This document shows, piece by piece, positions 1-9,479 of a DNA stretch of 64,000 nt (its first letter is position 1; every line of letters begins with the position of its first letter). The translations under genes were made by a program, and so were the position numbers. The notes below the pieces were generated by a model. That model saw nothing but the letters and a program-made list of their open reading frames with translations. It ran no database searches and was not told the DNA's origin. This DNA is from an uncultured Ignavibacteriaceae bacterium (GTDB lineage Bacteria; Bacteroidota; Ignavibacteria; Ignavibacteriales; Ignavibacteriaceae), in contig CAZQQD010000001.1 in assembly GCA_964595355.1 (NCBI GenBank), forward strand, positions 1,638-65,637, written 5' to 3'.

Positions 1-1555
1 CATTAATACTGGCGTACTCCCAGAAACCGCCGAAATTTCTAAGGAATAAATTTCTAAATTTAAAGAATTCATTATGTGTGCCAACCGTAAAGGTATGGTC
101 TCCGGCGTAATATGTAAGATTATCAGTTATTTCAAAGATATCCTGATCAAGTGCGTTAGCAGATGAGTATTGATCGGTACCCGCATAAAAACGAAATCCG
201 CCGGCTTCATCAATTTGAATTGCCGGGGTTAGTGCATCCTGAGGACCTCTTTTGTCCCTGATAGTTGTGTAACCTGCAATAAATTCGTTTGCTATGTTAT
301 TTCCGAATGTTGAATTTAATTGTGCAACAATATTATTTGTTTGATTGTGGAATTGATATAAAAAAGAATCAAAACTAAATCTTTGTGTTGATGATCTGTT
401 ACCTAATATATCTTCTTTAGCATTTACATAATTCCAATGAATATTTAATTTATGATTTTCCGAAAGGTTAAAATCCAAACGAGCAAATACCTTATCGCTC
501 GGCTGTTTTGTAGTATAAGGAGCATATCCACCAGTAGTGAATCCCCGGCTTGCTAATATTGATTGAATTTGGTCTGCCTGAGCTTTTACACCTGCAGTTG
601 ATAAGGCAAGATTTGGTATTGGCTCGTTATGCCCTGTGAGTTCAGCATTTACGAAAAAGAAAACCTTATCTTTTTGAATTGGTCCACCAAGGCGGAACCC
701 ATATTGCCATTCTTTAAAATCGCTTACCGGATCATTCATCCCATTGTAATTTTTACCAACGAGACTCTGATTACGGCCGTAACCAAATACAGACCCATGG
801 AATTGGTTTGTACCACTTCTGGTAATTGCGTTAATACCGCCGCCAGTAAAACCACCTAACCTAACGTCGAATGGCGCAATAACAACCTGGAATTCCTGTA
901 TAGCATCCAGGCTGATTGGATTTGTTCCAGCCTGACCACCCGGAGTTCCTGAAGAACCCAAACCAAATAAGTCATTGTATTGTGTTCCATCAATCTGGAC
1001 GTTGTTATAACGGTTGCTCCTTCCGGCAGCGGAGTAATCTGTACCGGAAAACATAGGAGACATTTTTGCAAAGCTTGCAAAAGTTCTGTTAATTGTTGGA
1101 AGTTCTTCTATTTGTTTTGTGGATACGTTCTGTGCCGAACCTGTACGATTCTCATTAATTACTGCACCCCTGTTTCCTGAAACCACGACTCCCGAAAGCT
1201 CAATTGATGTTGAGGTCAGTTGTACATCAAGTGAATAATTTTGTCCAAGATTAAGTTTGTCAATATCCTGGGTTTGCTTTTGATAACCAACGTAAGAAAA
1301 AGTTACCTGGTAAGGACCGCCAACTCTTACGGCAGAAAAATTATATTTGCCGTCAACACGTGACGTTGTTCCGTATTGAGTTCCTGAGGGAACGTGTACT
1401 GCAATAACTGTAGCATTTGGCAGCGGGTTACCGTCCTGGTCAGTTACCGTACCACTTATGCTTGCTGTTGTGGCTGTCTGCGCGAAGCTAAGACTTTGCA
1501 TCGCAAAAAACAGCATTGCCAGCAAACACGAAAGAATTGTACTTCGTATTTTCAT
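1..1555 (-). CDS. TonB-dependent outer-membrane receptor, N-terminal part (gene continues beyond the left edge)
   Basis: Absent from the ORF track because it has no stop inside the window. My reverse-complement translation from ATG 1555-1553 stays open to position 2. It reads MKIRSTILSCLLAMLFFAMQSLSFAQ (signal peptide), then ISGTVTDQDGNPLPNATVIAV...GKYNFSAVRVGGPYQVTFSYVGYQ (carboxypeptidase-regulatory-like domain), then NRTGSAQNVSTKQIEELPT...RYNNVQIDG (plug-like). The small plus-strand ORFs at 629-1646 are shadows of it. Confidence 0.8.
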   Translation of the reverse strand, partial: MKIRSTILSCLLAMLFFAMQSLSFAQTATTASISGTVTDQDGNPLPNATVIAVHVPSGTQYGTTSRVDGKYNFSAVRVGGPYQVTFSYVGYQKQTQDIDKLNLGQNYSLDVQLTSTSIELSGVVVSGNRGAVINENRTGSAQNVSTKQIEELPTINRTFASFAKMSPMFSGTDYSAAGRSNRYNNVQIDGTQYNDLFGLGSSGTPGGQAGTNPISLDAIQEFQVVIAPFDVRLGGFTGGGINAITRSGTNQFHGSVFGYGRNQSLVGKNYNGMNDPVSDFKEWQYGFRLGGPIQKDKVFFFVNAELTGHNEPIPNLALSTAGVKAQADQIQSILASRGFTTGGYAPYTTKQPSDKVFARLDFNLSENHKLNIHWNYVNAKEDILGNRSSTQRFSFDSFLYQFHNQTNNIVAQLNSTFGNNIANEFIAGYTTIRDKRGPQDALTPAIQIDEAGGFRFYAGTDQYSSANALDQDIFEITDNLTYYAGDHTFTVGTHNEFFKFRNLFLRNFGGFWEYASIN

Positions 1556-1941
1556 ATGCCCATCCCTTTGTTATGAAATGATGATTTATTTAGTTAATAG
1601 AACTAGAGCGTTCCAAAATCTAAAAATGATGTCTTTTTTTTCTTAAGTGTTAAATAATTTAATAATAAATAAATAATTAGTACTTAAAATAAAATAGTAT
1701 TTTTGGAACATTGAGTCGAAATGTGGTTAAAAAATAGCTTTTCCCTCGCATATAGTCAGATATTATTATAACAAGAATAAAGATAAGTAAACTTTGTTTT
1801 TACAGCAAGAAAAATATTTTGTTTGGTTATTAAATAATTGTTAAACAGAAGTGAAATTATTTTACTCAAAATTATTCCGGAGAAAGCTAAGGAATAATCT
1901 TCCGGCTTTAATTTATACTATATGCTAACTACTTTAGCTTT

Positions 1942-1973
1942 TTTGCATTTATAGGCACCTCTCTGTATATTTG
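1942..1973 (+). promoter_or_regulatory. putative promoter of asnS (TTTGCA-N18-TATATT; also fits the Bacteroidetes-type TTTG / TAnnTTTG pattern)
   Basis: TTTGCA at 1942-1947 and TATATTTG at 1966-1973, about 32 nt upstream of the asnS ATG at 2005. Motif match only. Confidence 0.35.
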
Positions 1974-2004
1974 AAAATTAAATTTTCAATAAAGTATTCT
2001 CATA

Positions 2005-3300
2005 ATGTCGAAAATTTCAATCAAAGACCTATCTGATCACGTTGGAGAAGAAGTTGTACTGGATGGATGGCTTTACAATAAGAGATCAAGCGGAAAAATT
2101 AAATTTATCGTTTTAAGAGATGGGACAGGTTATCTTCAGTGTGTTTATTTCAAAGGGAATGTTTCCGATGAAGTTTTCGAAATTGCAGATAAAATTGGCC
2201 AGGAGTCTTCAATAACAGTTACTGGAAAAGTCAAAGAAGAAAAGAGAGCTCCGGGTGGTTACGAATTAGATGCAGCCGACCTCAAAGTTATTTCAGAAGC
2301 CATAGATTACCCAATAACACCTAAGGATCACGGCATTGAATTTTTGATGGATAATCGTCATCTCTGGCTTCGTTCTTCAAAACAGGTTGCAATATTAAAA
2401 ATTCGCCACAGGATTGTAAAAGCAATCAGGGATTTTTTTGATGAGAGGGGATTTACATTAATGGATCCTCCGATTCTTACCCCTGCTGCGTGCGAAGGTA
2501 CTTCAACTTTATTTGAAACAGAATATTTCGATCTTGGCAAAGCATATCTGACGCAATCAGGGCAGCTTTATGCAGAGGCAGGTGCAATGGCACTTGGGAA
2601 GGTTTACACTTTCGGTCCGACGTTTCGCGCAGAAAAATCAAAAACGAGAAGACACTTAACGGAATTCTGGATGGTAGAACCTGAAGTTGCATTTAATGAT
2701 CTTAATGATAATATGGATTTAGCTGAAGACTTTCTTGAATATATTGTTCAGACTGTTTTGAAAGATATGGATGAAGAATTAAAAATTCTGGAGAGAGATA
2801 CCACACTACTAAAAAATGTTAAAAAACCTTTGCCGAGAATTTCATACGATGAAGCAGTAGAAATTTTAAAGAAGAATGGGATTGATTTTCAATATGGAAA
2901 CGATTTAGGCGGAACTGATGAAACAGTTATTTCAAATCAGTTTGATAGACCTGTTATGGTTCATCGTTATCCTGCAGAAGTGAAAGCGTTTTATATGAAG
3001 AGAGATCCTGAGAATTCTAAACTTGCTCTTGCTGTGGATGTTCTTGCACCGGAGGGCTATGGTGAAATTATTGGCGGAAGCCAGAGGGAAGACGATCTCA
3101 ATACATTAATAGAAAGAATTAAAGAACATAATCTTCCCATGGAAGCTTTTGAGTGGTATCTTGATCTAAGGAGATTCGGGTCTGTCCCACATTCAGGATT
3201 TGGGCTTGGACTGGAAAGAACGGTTGGATGGGTTTGTGGATTGGAACATTTGAGAGAAACTATTCCATTCCCAAGAATGATTTACAGGAATACTCCTTAA
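2005..3300 (+). CDS. asnS: asparagine--tRNA ligase
   Basis: 431 aa with an N-terminal OB-fold ([26 protein letters not shown]) and class IIb motifs ([35 protein letters not shown]). The length is typical of short AsnRS. Confidence 0.9.
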   Translation: MSKISIKDLSDHVGEEVVLDGWLYNKRSSGKIKFIVLRDGTGYLQCVYFKGNVSDEVFEIADKIGQESSITVTGKVKEEKRAPGGYELDAADLKVISEAIDYPITPKDHGIEFLMDNRHLWLRSSKQVAILKIRHRIVKAIRDFFDERGFTLMDPPILTPAACEGTSTLFETEYFDLGKAYLTQSGQLYAEAGAMALGKVYTFGPTFRAEKSKTRRHLTEFWMVEPEVAFNDLNDNMDLAEDFLEYIVQTVLKDMDEELKILERDTTLLKNVKKPLPRISYDEAVEILKKNGIDFQYGNDLGGTDETVISNQFDRPVMVHRYPAEVKAFYMKRDPENSKLALAVDVLAPEGYGEIIGGSQREDDLNTLIERIKEHNLPMEAFEWYLDLRRFGSVPHSGFGLGLERTVGWVCGLEHLRETIPFPRMIYRNTP

Positions 3301-3322
3301 AAATGACAACTAGCTAACAAAA

Positions 3323-3838
3323 ATGTCGATACAAACTATTTTATTTTTTGTTTTTGGTATTACCTCAGCAGTTTCATCTGTTTTGATGATAACCAGAAGG
3401 AATGCTGTTATCAGCGCTTTATTTTTAATTCTGAATTTTGCAGGACTTGCAGGACTGTATCTTTTGTTAAACGCACAATTCATCGCAGTTGCACAGGTGA
3501 TTGTATATGCCGGTGCTATCATGGTTCTTTTCCTTTTTGTAATTATGCTTTTACGTCCTGAAAATGAAAAGAAATTTATGGAGGCAAATCCAGCTGTTAA
3601 AACATTTGCAGTAATTATTGCGGTATTAATTTTTGTGCAGCTTGTTTACCTGATTTTCTTTTCACATCCTTCTTCAATTCCAAAAGCTGATATTGCTGCA
3701 AGTGTTAAAGCAGGTACAATAGAGGAAATCGGAAGGGAATTATTCACGAATTATATATTGCCTTTTGAAGCGGCTGGATTTCTACTTCTAGCGGCTACAA
3801 TAGGCGCACTCGTTTTAGCTAAGAAAAAATTTGATTAA
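3323..3838 (+). CDS. nuoJ: NADH-quinone oxidoreductase subunit J
   Basis: 171 aa, hydrophobic, with a NuoJ-like core [27 protein letters not shown]. It is followed by nuoK, nuoL and nuoM and starts only 22 nt after the asnS stop. Confidence 0.85.
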   Translation: MSIQTILFFVFGITSAVSSVLMITRRNAVISALFLILNFAGLAGLYLLLNAQFIAVAQVIVYAGAIMVLFLFVIMLLRPENEKKFMEANPAVKTFAVIIAVLIFVQLVYLIFFSHPSSIPKADIAASVKAGTIEEIGRELFTNYILPFEAAGFLLLAATIGALVLAKKKFD

Positions 3839-3843
3839 GGCTT

Positions 3844-4149
3844 ATGCAAATTCCAATTGAATATTATTTAATACTAAGTGCGTTTATGTTCATCGTCGGT
3901 GTTACCGGCGTACTAACCAAACGGAATGCGATTATTGTTTTTATGTCAGTGGAATTGATGCTTAATTCCGCAAACCTGACAATGATAACCTTTGCGTCAT
4001 ATCTAGGCAGTTCTGTCGGACAATTGTTTGTATTTTTTGTAATGACTGTCGCTGCAGCTGAAGCTGCTATAGGTCTTGCAATTATAATTGCAATTTTCAG
4101 AAATAAATTAACTGTGAATATCGACGAGATCAATATTTTGAAATGGTGA
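3844..4149 (+). CDS. nuoK: NADH-quinone oxidoreductase subunit K
   Basis: 101 aa with 3 TM segments and the motif [13 protein letters not shown]. Confidence 0.9.
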   Translation: MQIPIEYYLILSAFMFIVGVTGVLTKRNAIIVFMSVELMLNSANLTMITFASYLGSSVGQLFVFFVMTVAAAEAAIGLAIIIAIFRNKLTVNIDEINILKW

Positions 4150-4192
4150 TCTAAAATTTATTAGTTCAGATTAATTAAAGAGTTCCATTTTT

Positions 4193-6130
4193 ATGATTCA
4201 ATTAATCTATTTAACAATTCTGCTGCCGTTCGTTGGTTTTCTTTTCAACGGATTATTGGGGAGCAAAATCAAAAATGAAAAAGTTATAGGAATAATCGGT
4301 AGCGGTGTTATAGGAATTTCATTTATTATCGCTATAGGCGCTTTCTTCGAAACATTAAACCTTCCTGTAGAACAAAGAAAAACTATTGTTGATCTTTTTA
4401 CCTGGTTAAGTGTCGGTGGATTGAATATTCACTTTGCTTATCAGGTTGATCAGTTGTCTTTAGTAATGGCTCTGGTAGTTACCGGAGTTGGATTTATCAT
4501 TCATGTTTATTCTATCGGATATATGCACGGCGATAAATCATTCTGGAGGTTCTTTTCATATCTGAATCTTTTCATTTTTGCAATGATGAATCTGATTCTT
4601 GCCGATAATTTTCTGGTCTTGTTTTTAGGCTGGGAAGGTGTAGGGCTTTGTTCTTATCTATTAATTGGCTTCTGGTACGACAAAAAATTTGAAAAGATGA
4701 CTACTGCCGATGCTGGGAAGAAAGCTTTTATTGTAAACAGGATTGGTGATTTCGGTTTTCTTTTAGGAATGTTTCTGATTTACCTGACCTTCGGCAGTCT
4801 TAATTTCAGCGATGTTTTCAGCAAGATAGGTGTTCTAAATATTTCTCAAAGTGTTTTTAATTTTATAGCTTTATTTTTATTTATAGGTGCAACAGGAAAA
4901 TCAGCACAGATTCCTCTTTATATCTGGTTGCCCGATGCAATGGCCGGTCCAACTCCTGTTTCCGCACTCATACATGCAGCTACAATGGTTACAGCCGGTG
5001 TTTATATGGTTGCAAGGTGTTCTTTAATTTATGCATCTGCACCCGCTATTTTAACCGTCGTTGCAATTATTGGTGCGTTGACTGCATTCTTTGCTGCAAC
5101 AATAGGATTGGTTCAAAACGATATCAAAAAAGTTTTAGCTTATTCAACTGTGAGTCAGCTTGGATATATGTTTCTTGCGCTTGGCGTAGGTGCTTTCTCT
5201 GCCGGAATTTTTCACGTGATGACTCATGCTTTCTTTAAAGCTCTTCTCTTCCTTGCTGCCGGTTCGGTTATTCATTCAATGCACGAAGATCAGAATATTC
5301 AAAACTTCGGTGGTTTAAGAAAATATATGCCCGCAACTGCCATAACATTTTTAGTTGCCTCACTCGCAATTTCAGGCATTCCTCCTTTCTCAGGATTTTT
5401 CAGTAAGGATGAAATTCTCTGGAAATCTTTTGCAAATGGAAATGTAATTTACTGGGCAATCGGAGCAGTTACCGCTTTACTTACAGCTTTCTATATGTTC
5501 CGGCTTTATTTCCTTACTTTTGAAGGCAATTCAAGATTTGGAAAAGATAAACATCCGCATGAATCTCCTAAAGTAATGACATTCCCTTTGATTGCTCTTG
5601 CTATCTTAGCTTTTATAGGAGGATTCATAGGAATTCCTGCTTTGTTTTCAGGAGAGGGTGGCAACGCTTTTGAAAACTGGCTCGAACCTGTTTTCAAAAA
5701 TGCGCAGGCAAGACTTGCTGAAACATCAGCATACGGACACTCTATGGAAATTTCATTGATGGTAATTTCTGTAATTCTTGGTGTGGGAGGAATTATAATC
5801 GCAAGAAACATTTATCTTAAAAAACCATCGATCGCCACCGAGTTGGCAGGGAAGTTCAAAGGCTTATATAATCTTCTCTGGAATAAATATTTTGTCGACG
5901 AAGTTTATGATGCAACTGTAGTAACTCCGATAGTCAAAACATCTGATTCATTCTTATGGAGAATAACTGATGCGAAAATTATAGACGGTGCCGTAAACGG
6001 TGCGGCGGCTATTGTTGACAGAGTTTCAAAAAATATTAGAAAGATTCAAACTGGTGTTGCGCAATTTTATGCAATTATTATGGCTCTTGGTATCGTGCTT
6101 GCATTATTCTGGATTATAATGAGTTTATAA
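4193..6130 (+). CDS. nuoL: NADH-quinone oxidoreductase subunit L
   Basis: 645 aa antiporter-like subunit with WEGVGLCSYLLIGFW, SAQIPLYIWLPDAMAGPTPVSALIHAATMV and a long C-terminal extension. Confidence 0.9.
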   Translation: MIQLIYLTILLPFVGFLFNGLLGSKIKNEKVIGIIGSGVIGISFIIAIGAFFETLNLPVEQRKTIVDLFTWLSVGGLNIHFAYQVDQLSLVMALVVTGVGFIIHVYSIGYMHGDKSFWRFFSYLNLFIFAMMNLILADNFLVLFLGWEGVGLCSYLLIGFWYDKKFEKMTTADAGKKAFIVNRIGDFGFLLGMFLIYLTFGSLNFSDVFSKIGVLNISQSVFNFIALFLFIGATGKSAQIPLYIWLPDAMAGPTPVSALIHAATMVTAGVYMVARCSLIYASAPAILTVVAIIGALTAFFAATIGLVQNDIKKVLAYSTVSQLGYMFLALGVGAFSAGIFHVMTHAFFKALLFLAAGSVIHSMHEDQNIQNFGGLRKYMPATAITFLVASLAISGIPPFSGFFSKDEILWKSFANGNVIYWAIGAVTALLTAFYMFRLYFLTFEGNSRFGKDKHPHESPKVMTFPLIALAILAFIGGFIGIPALFSGEGGNAFENWLEPVFKNAQARLAETSAYGHSMEISLMVISVILGVGGIIIARNIYLKKPSIATELAGKFKGLYNLLWNKYFVDEVYDATVVTPIVKTSDSFLWRITDAKIIDGAVNGAAAIVDRVSKNIRKIQTGVAQFYAIIMALGIVLALFWIIMSL

Positions 6131-6134
6131 ATTT

Positions 6135-7658
6135 ATGCAAAATAATCACCTATTAACATATTTGTTATTAACTCCTTTTGTCGGAGGATTACTTTTACTC
6201 TTAATTAATAGAGAGAAAGAAAACCTGATAAGATATTTCGGACTGGCTGTTTCGGTCATTACTTTTATTGTTTCTCTTTTTCTTTATTTTGGTTTTGACA
6301 TCAGCAAATCTGATTTTCAGTTTGTATATAAGTTTGCCTGGATTGAAAACCTCAATATCAGTTACCATGTCGGCATTGATGGAATATCGCTTCTTTTAAT
6401 ATTGCTTACAACCTTTATAACTCCTCTTACGTTAATTTCAAGCTGGAAAGGAATTAATAAGAAAGTAAAAGAGTTCACTTTCTTCATGCTTATGCTTGAA
6501 GTTGGTATGCTTGGAGTTTTTGTTTCTCTTGATCTTTTCCTGTTCTATGTTTTTTGGGAAGTAATGTTGATACCGATGTATTTCATTATAGGTATTTGGG
6601 GGGGGGAACGTAGAATTTATGCTTCTGTTAAGTTTTTCATCTATACAATGTTTGGAAGCCTCTTGATGCTTGTAGCAATTATCTGGCTTGCTATTTATGC
6701 TTCGGGTCCATTAGGACATTTCTCAACAGACTTAATCGAGTTATATAATATTGGACCAACTGTTCCGCATACAATCCAGCTTTATATGTTCCTGGCATTT
6801 GCGTTTAGCTTTGCGATTAAGGTTCCATTGTTTCCTCTGCATACCTGGCTTCCTGATGCACACGTTGAAGCGCCGACTGCCGGCTCAGTTATTCTTGCAG
6901 CCGTGTTGTTGAAAATGGGTACATACGGACTGATAAGATTTTGTCTTCCATTATTTCCTCAAGCTGCAGTTTATTTCGCTCCGGCAATATCTGTTCTTGC
7001 AATTATAGGAATTATTTACGGTGCATTGGTTGCAATGGTTCAAAAGGATATGAAAAAGCTTGTTGCTTATTCTTCTGTTGCACATCTCGGGTTTGTTGTT
7101 CTTGGAATCTTTGCAATGACAAATGAATCAATGCAGGGTGCAGTTATTCAAATGGTCAATCACGGACTTTCTACTGGAGCCTTGTTCCTTTTGGTGGGAG
7201 TTATTTATGAAAGAACTCACACCAGAACTATTGCCGAATATGGAGGCATTGCTAAACTGATTCCAATTTATTCAGTTATATTAATGATAGCTTCTCTTTC
7301 ATCAATTGGTTTACCGGGATTGAACGGGTTTGTTGGTGAATTTTTAATACTGTTAGGATCATTTAAGTCGCCTGTGTTAAACAGTTGGTGGTATACAGTA
7401 TTTGCAGCATCGGGGGTAATATTTGCAGCGGTCTATTTGTTGTGGATGTATCAGAGAGTTGTTTTTGGAGAAGTTAAAAATCCAAAGTTGAATTCTATTA
7501 AAGATATGAGCGCTCGCGAAATTTTTGTAATGATTCCGATATTAATATTTATTGTTTGGATCGGAATTTATCCAAGCACTTTCTTAAAGGTTTCATCCAG
7601 ATCAGTTAATAAGGTTATTGAGCAGGTATATACCCCACAAAATCATAGTCTTAAATAG
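6135..7658 (+). CDS. nuoM: NADH-quinone oxidoreductase subunit M
   Basis: 507 aa with FYVFWEVMLIPMYFIIGIWGG and PLHTWLPDAHVEAPTAGSVILA. Confidence 0.9.
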   Translation: MQNNHLLTYLLLTPFVGGLLLLLINREKENLIRYFGLAVSVITFIVSLFLYFGFDISKSDFQFVYKFAWIENLNISYHVGIDGISLLLILLTTFITPLTLISSWKGINKKVKEFTFFMLMLEVGMLGVFVSLDLFLFYVFWEVMLIPMYFIIGIWGGERRIYASVKFFIYTMFGSLLMLVAIIWLAIYASGPLGHFSTDLIELYNIGPTVPHTIQLYMFLAFAFSFAIKVPLFPLHTWLPDAHVEAPTAGSVILAAVLLKMGTYGLIRFCLPLFPQAAVYFAPAISVLAIIGIIYGALVAMVQKDMKKLVAYSSVAHLGFVVLGIFAMTNESMQGAVIQMVNHGLSTGALFLLVGVIYERTHTRTIAEYGGIAKLIPIYSVILMIASLSSIGLPGLNGFVGEFLILLGSFKSPVLNSWWYTVFAASGVIFAAVYLLWMYQRVVFGEVKNPKLNSIKDMSAREIFVMIPILIFIVWIGIYPSTFLKVSSRSVNKVIEQVYTPQNHSLK

Positions 7659-7666
7659 GCCTGCTC

Positions 7667-9091
7667 ATGTCCAATAAGTTTTTAAAAAACATTTTGTTAT
7701 TACTGATTGTTTTTTTGTTCTTTGGAACAGTGAACTCTTTAGCTGCAGTCAAAAGTGTGGCAGACACATTGGCCGTTACTCAGGCCGAGCATATATCAAC
7801 GCCTAGCTTATTTATGGTTTTGCCCTTTGTTATTCTTTTATTAATGATAGCAACGGGTCCGTTGTTCTATAAACATTTTTGGGAAAGGCATTATCCCAAA
7901 ATTTCTATTGTACTTGGAGCTTTTGTTGTAATTTATTACCTGGCAATACTAAAGAATGATCATATACTGATGCACACATTTGCTGAGTACATAAGTTTTA
8001 TTGCATTGCTCGGTTCATTATTTGTTGCTTCAGGCGGGATATTGATAAAGGTTGATAAAGAATCAACCCCGATGCTGAATGTAATATTTTTGCTTTTCGG
8101 TGCTGTGATTTCAAATATTATTGGTACAACGGGCGCATCGATGCTGTTGATAAGACCCTTTATTAAGATGAACAGAGAAAGGCTTCGTCCGTATCACATA
8201 ATATTTTTTATTTTTATTGTCAGTAATGTCGGTGGTGCATTAACGCCTATAGGTGATCCTCCTTTGTTCCTGGGTTATTTGAGTGGTGTCCCTTTTTTCT
8301 GGGTTATCGATAATGTGTGGTTTATTTGGATCCCGGCACTACTAATGATACTGTTTGTCTTTTATATATTTGATAAACTCAATAAAACCGAATATGAAAA
8401 GATTGAATATAGCAATAAAATTGAGTTTAAAGGGCTAAAGAATCTTGGGTATCTGGTTATAATAATTCTTGCTGTTTTTATTGATCCTGTGGTTATACCC
8501 TGGGTCCCTAAATTGCCGTTTGGTTTACCTTTTGGGATCAGGGAAATAATAATGTTTGGGGTTATTTATTTATCATATAAAGGTGCCGATACTGAGATAC
8601 TGAAAGCAAACGAATTTGATTTTGAACCGATCAAAGAAGTTGCTTATTTGTTCATTGGAATATTTGCAACAATGGTGCCTGCGCTCGAACTGATTGCGCA
8701 CGAAGCAAATGTACTGGGCGACAAGCTGAATGCCGGTGTTTTTTATTGGGCTACCGGTTCACTTTCGGCAGTGCTTGATAATACACCCACATATATGAAT
8801 TTTCTTAGTGCTGCAATGGGTAAATATTCACTTCTTGTAACTGAAAAGGCTCAGGTTGCACATTTTGTTTCAGTGGATCAGATTTATTTGCAGGCAATTT
8901 CAGTAGCGGCTGTGTTCTTTGGTGCTATTACCTACATAGGTAACGGCCCAAACTTTATGGTAAAATCTATTAGTGAAAGGGCGGGTATTAAAATGCCGAG
9001 TTTTTTTACTTATATGATTAAATACTCGATTGTAATTTTAATCCCGATTTATGCGATAATTTGGTTAATATTTTTCTACGGTAAAGGTTAA
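7667..9091 (+). CDS. polytopic ion permease of the ArsB/NhaD (Na+/H+ antiporter-like) superfamily, embedded in the nuo operon
   Basis: 474 aa. It has an N-terminal signal-like segment, more than 10 hydrophobic helices, and motifs GTTGASMLLIRPF and ALTPIGDPPLFLGYLSG that I recognise from NhaD/YbiR-type permeases. Gaps are 8 nt after nuoM and 3 nt before the next ORF. Confidence 0.6.
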   Translation: MSNKFLKNILLLLIVFLFFGTVNSLAAVKSVADTLAVTQAEHISTPSLFMVLPFVILLLMIATGPLFYKHFWERHYPKISIVLGAFVVIYYLAILKNDHILMHTFAEYISFIALLGSLFVASGGILIKVDKESTPMLNVIFLLFGAVISNIIGTTGASMLLIRPFIKMNRERLRPYHIIFFIFIVSNVGGALTPIGDPPLFLGYLSGVPFFWVIDNVWFIWIPALLMILFVFYIFDKLNKTEYEKIEYSNKIEFKGLKNLGYLVIIILAVFIDPVVIPWVPKLPFGLPFGIREIIMFGVIYLSYKGADTEILKANEFDFEPIKEVAYLFIGIFATMVPALELIAHEANVLGDKLNAGVFYWATGSLSAVLDNTPTYMNFLSAAMGKYSLLVTEKAQVAHFVSVDQIYLQAISVAAVFFGAITYIGNGPNFMVKSISERAGIKMPSFFTYMIKYSIVILIPIYAIIWLIFFYGKG

Positions 9092-9094
9092 AAA

Positions 9095-9460
9095 ATGAAT
9101 ACGATAAAAGAAGCATTAGACAAAAAATCGGATGGTTTGTGTTATGGTAATAGAGTGATTCTTCCTTTTAAGGCATCATTCTTAAAAGTTATTATTGAAG
9201 ATGATATTATCACTGATTTCTCAACGAGTTCTAAAGGTATATATATCAGGGAAGATGAAAATTACACAGATCTATATTTCCTTGAAATAAAGGACTTGAA
9301 AGAATCAATTACAAAATATGAAAATATTAAAATGGTCGTTGTTGAAAAAGGTGATGATATTTTTAATATAGATAATCATAAGAAGATAGCATTGTACATT
9401 GGAGAAAAACATAATGTCAAAATTGAAAAAACCGATGATGACATTTTATTTATAGAATAA
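9095..9460 (+). CDS. hypothetical acidic soluble protein (no family recognised)
   Basis: 121-aa ORF with no TM segment, rich in D/E/K/I. It is tightly packed between the permease (3-nt gap) and nuoN (19-nt gap) on the same strand. Confidence 0.5.
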   Translation: MNTIKEALDKKSDGLCYGNRVILPFKASFLKVIIEDDIITDFSTSSKGIYIREDENYTDLYFLEIKDLKESITKYENIKMVVVEKGDDIFNIDNHKKIALYIGEKHNVKIEKTDDDILFIE

Positions 9461-9479
9461 ACGCTAAAGAAATAAGATT

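Noticed and set aside
629-1646. Five short plus- or minus-strand ORFs in the track (629-859, 856-1080, 980-1180, 1394-1576, 1458-1646)
   Set aside because: All lie inside or at the edge of the long minus-strand TonB-dependent receptor reading frame, which translates cleanly with recognisable domains. They are frame shadows with Cys- and Arg-rich nonsense composition.
1556-2004. Possible T-box or riboswitch leader before asnS, or a cobalamin riboswitch before the TonB-dependent receptor, including alternative hairpins at 1871-1898 (ATTATTCC/GGAATAAT) and 1877-1905 (CCGGA/TCCGG)
   Set aside because: No T-box consensus (AGGGTGGNACCGCG-like) and no B12-box is present. The region is almost pure A/T. 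The hairpins lie upstream of the best asnS promoter candidate, so they would not be in its leader. The stems are short and could be chance.
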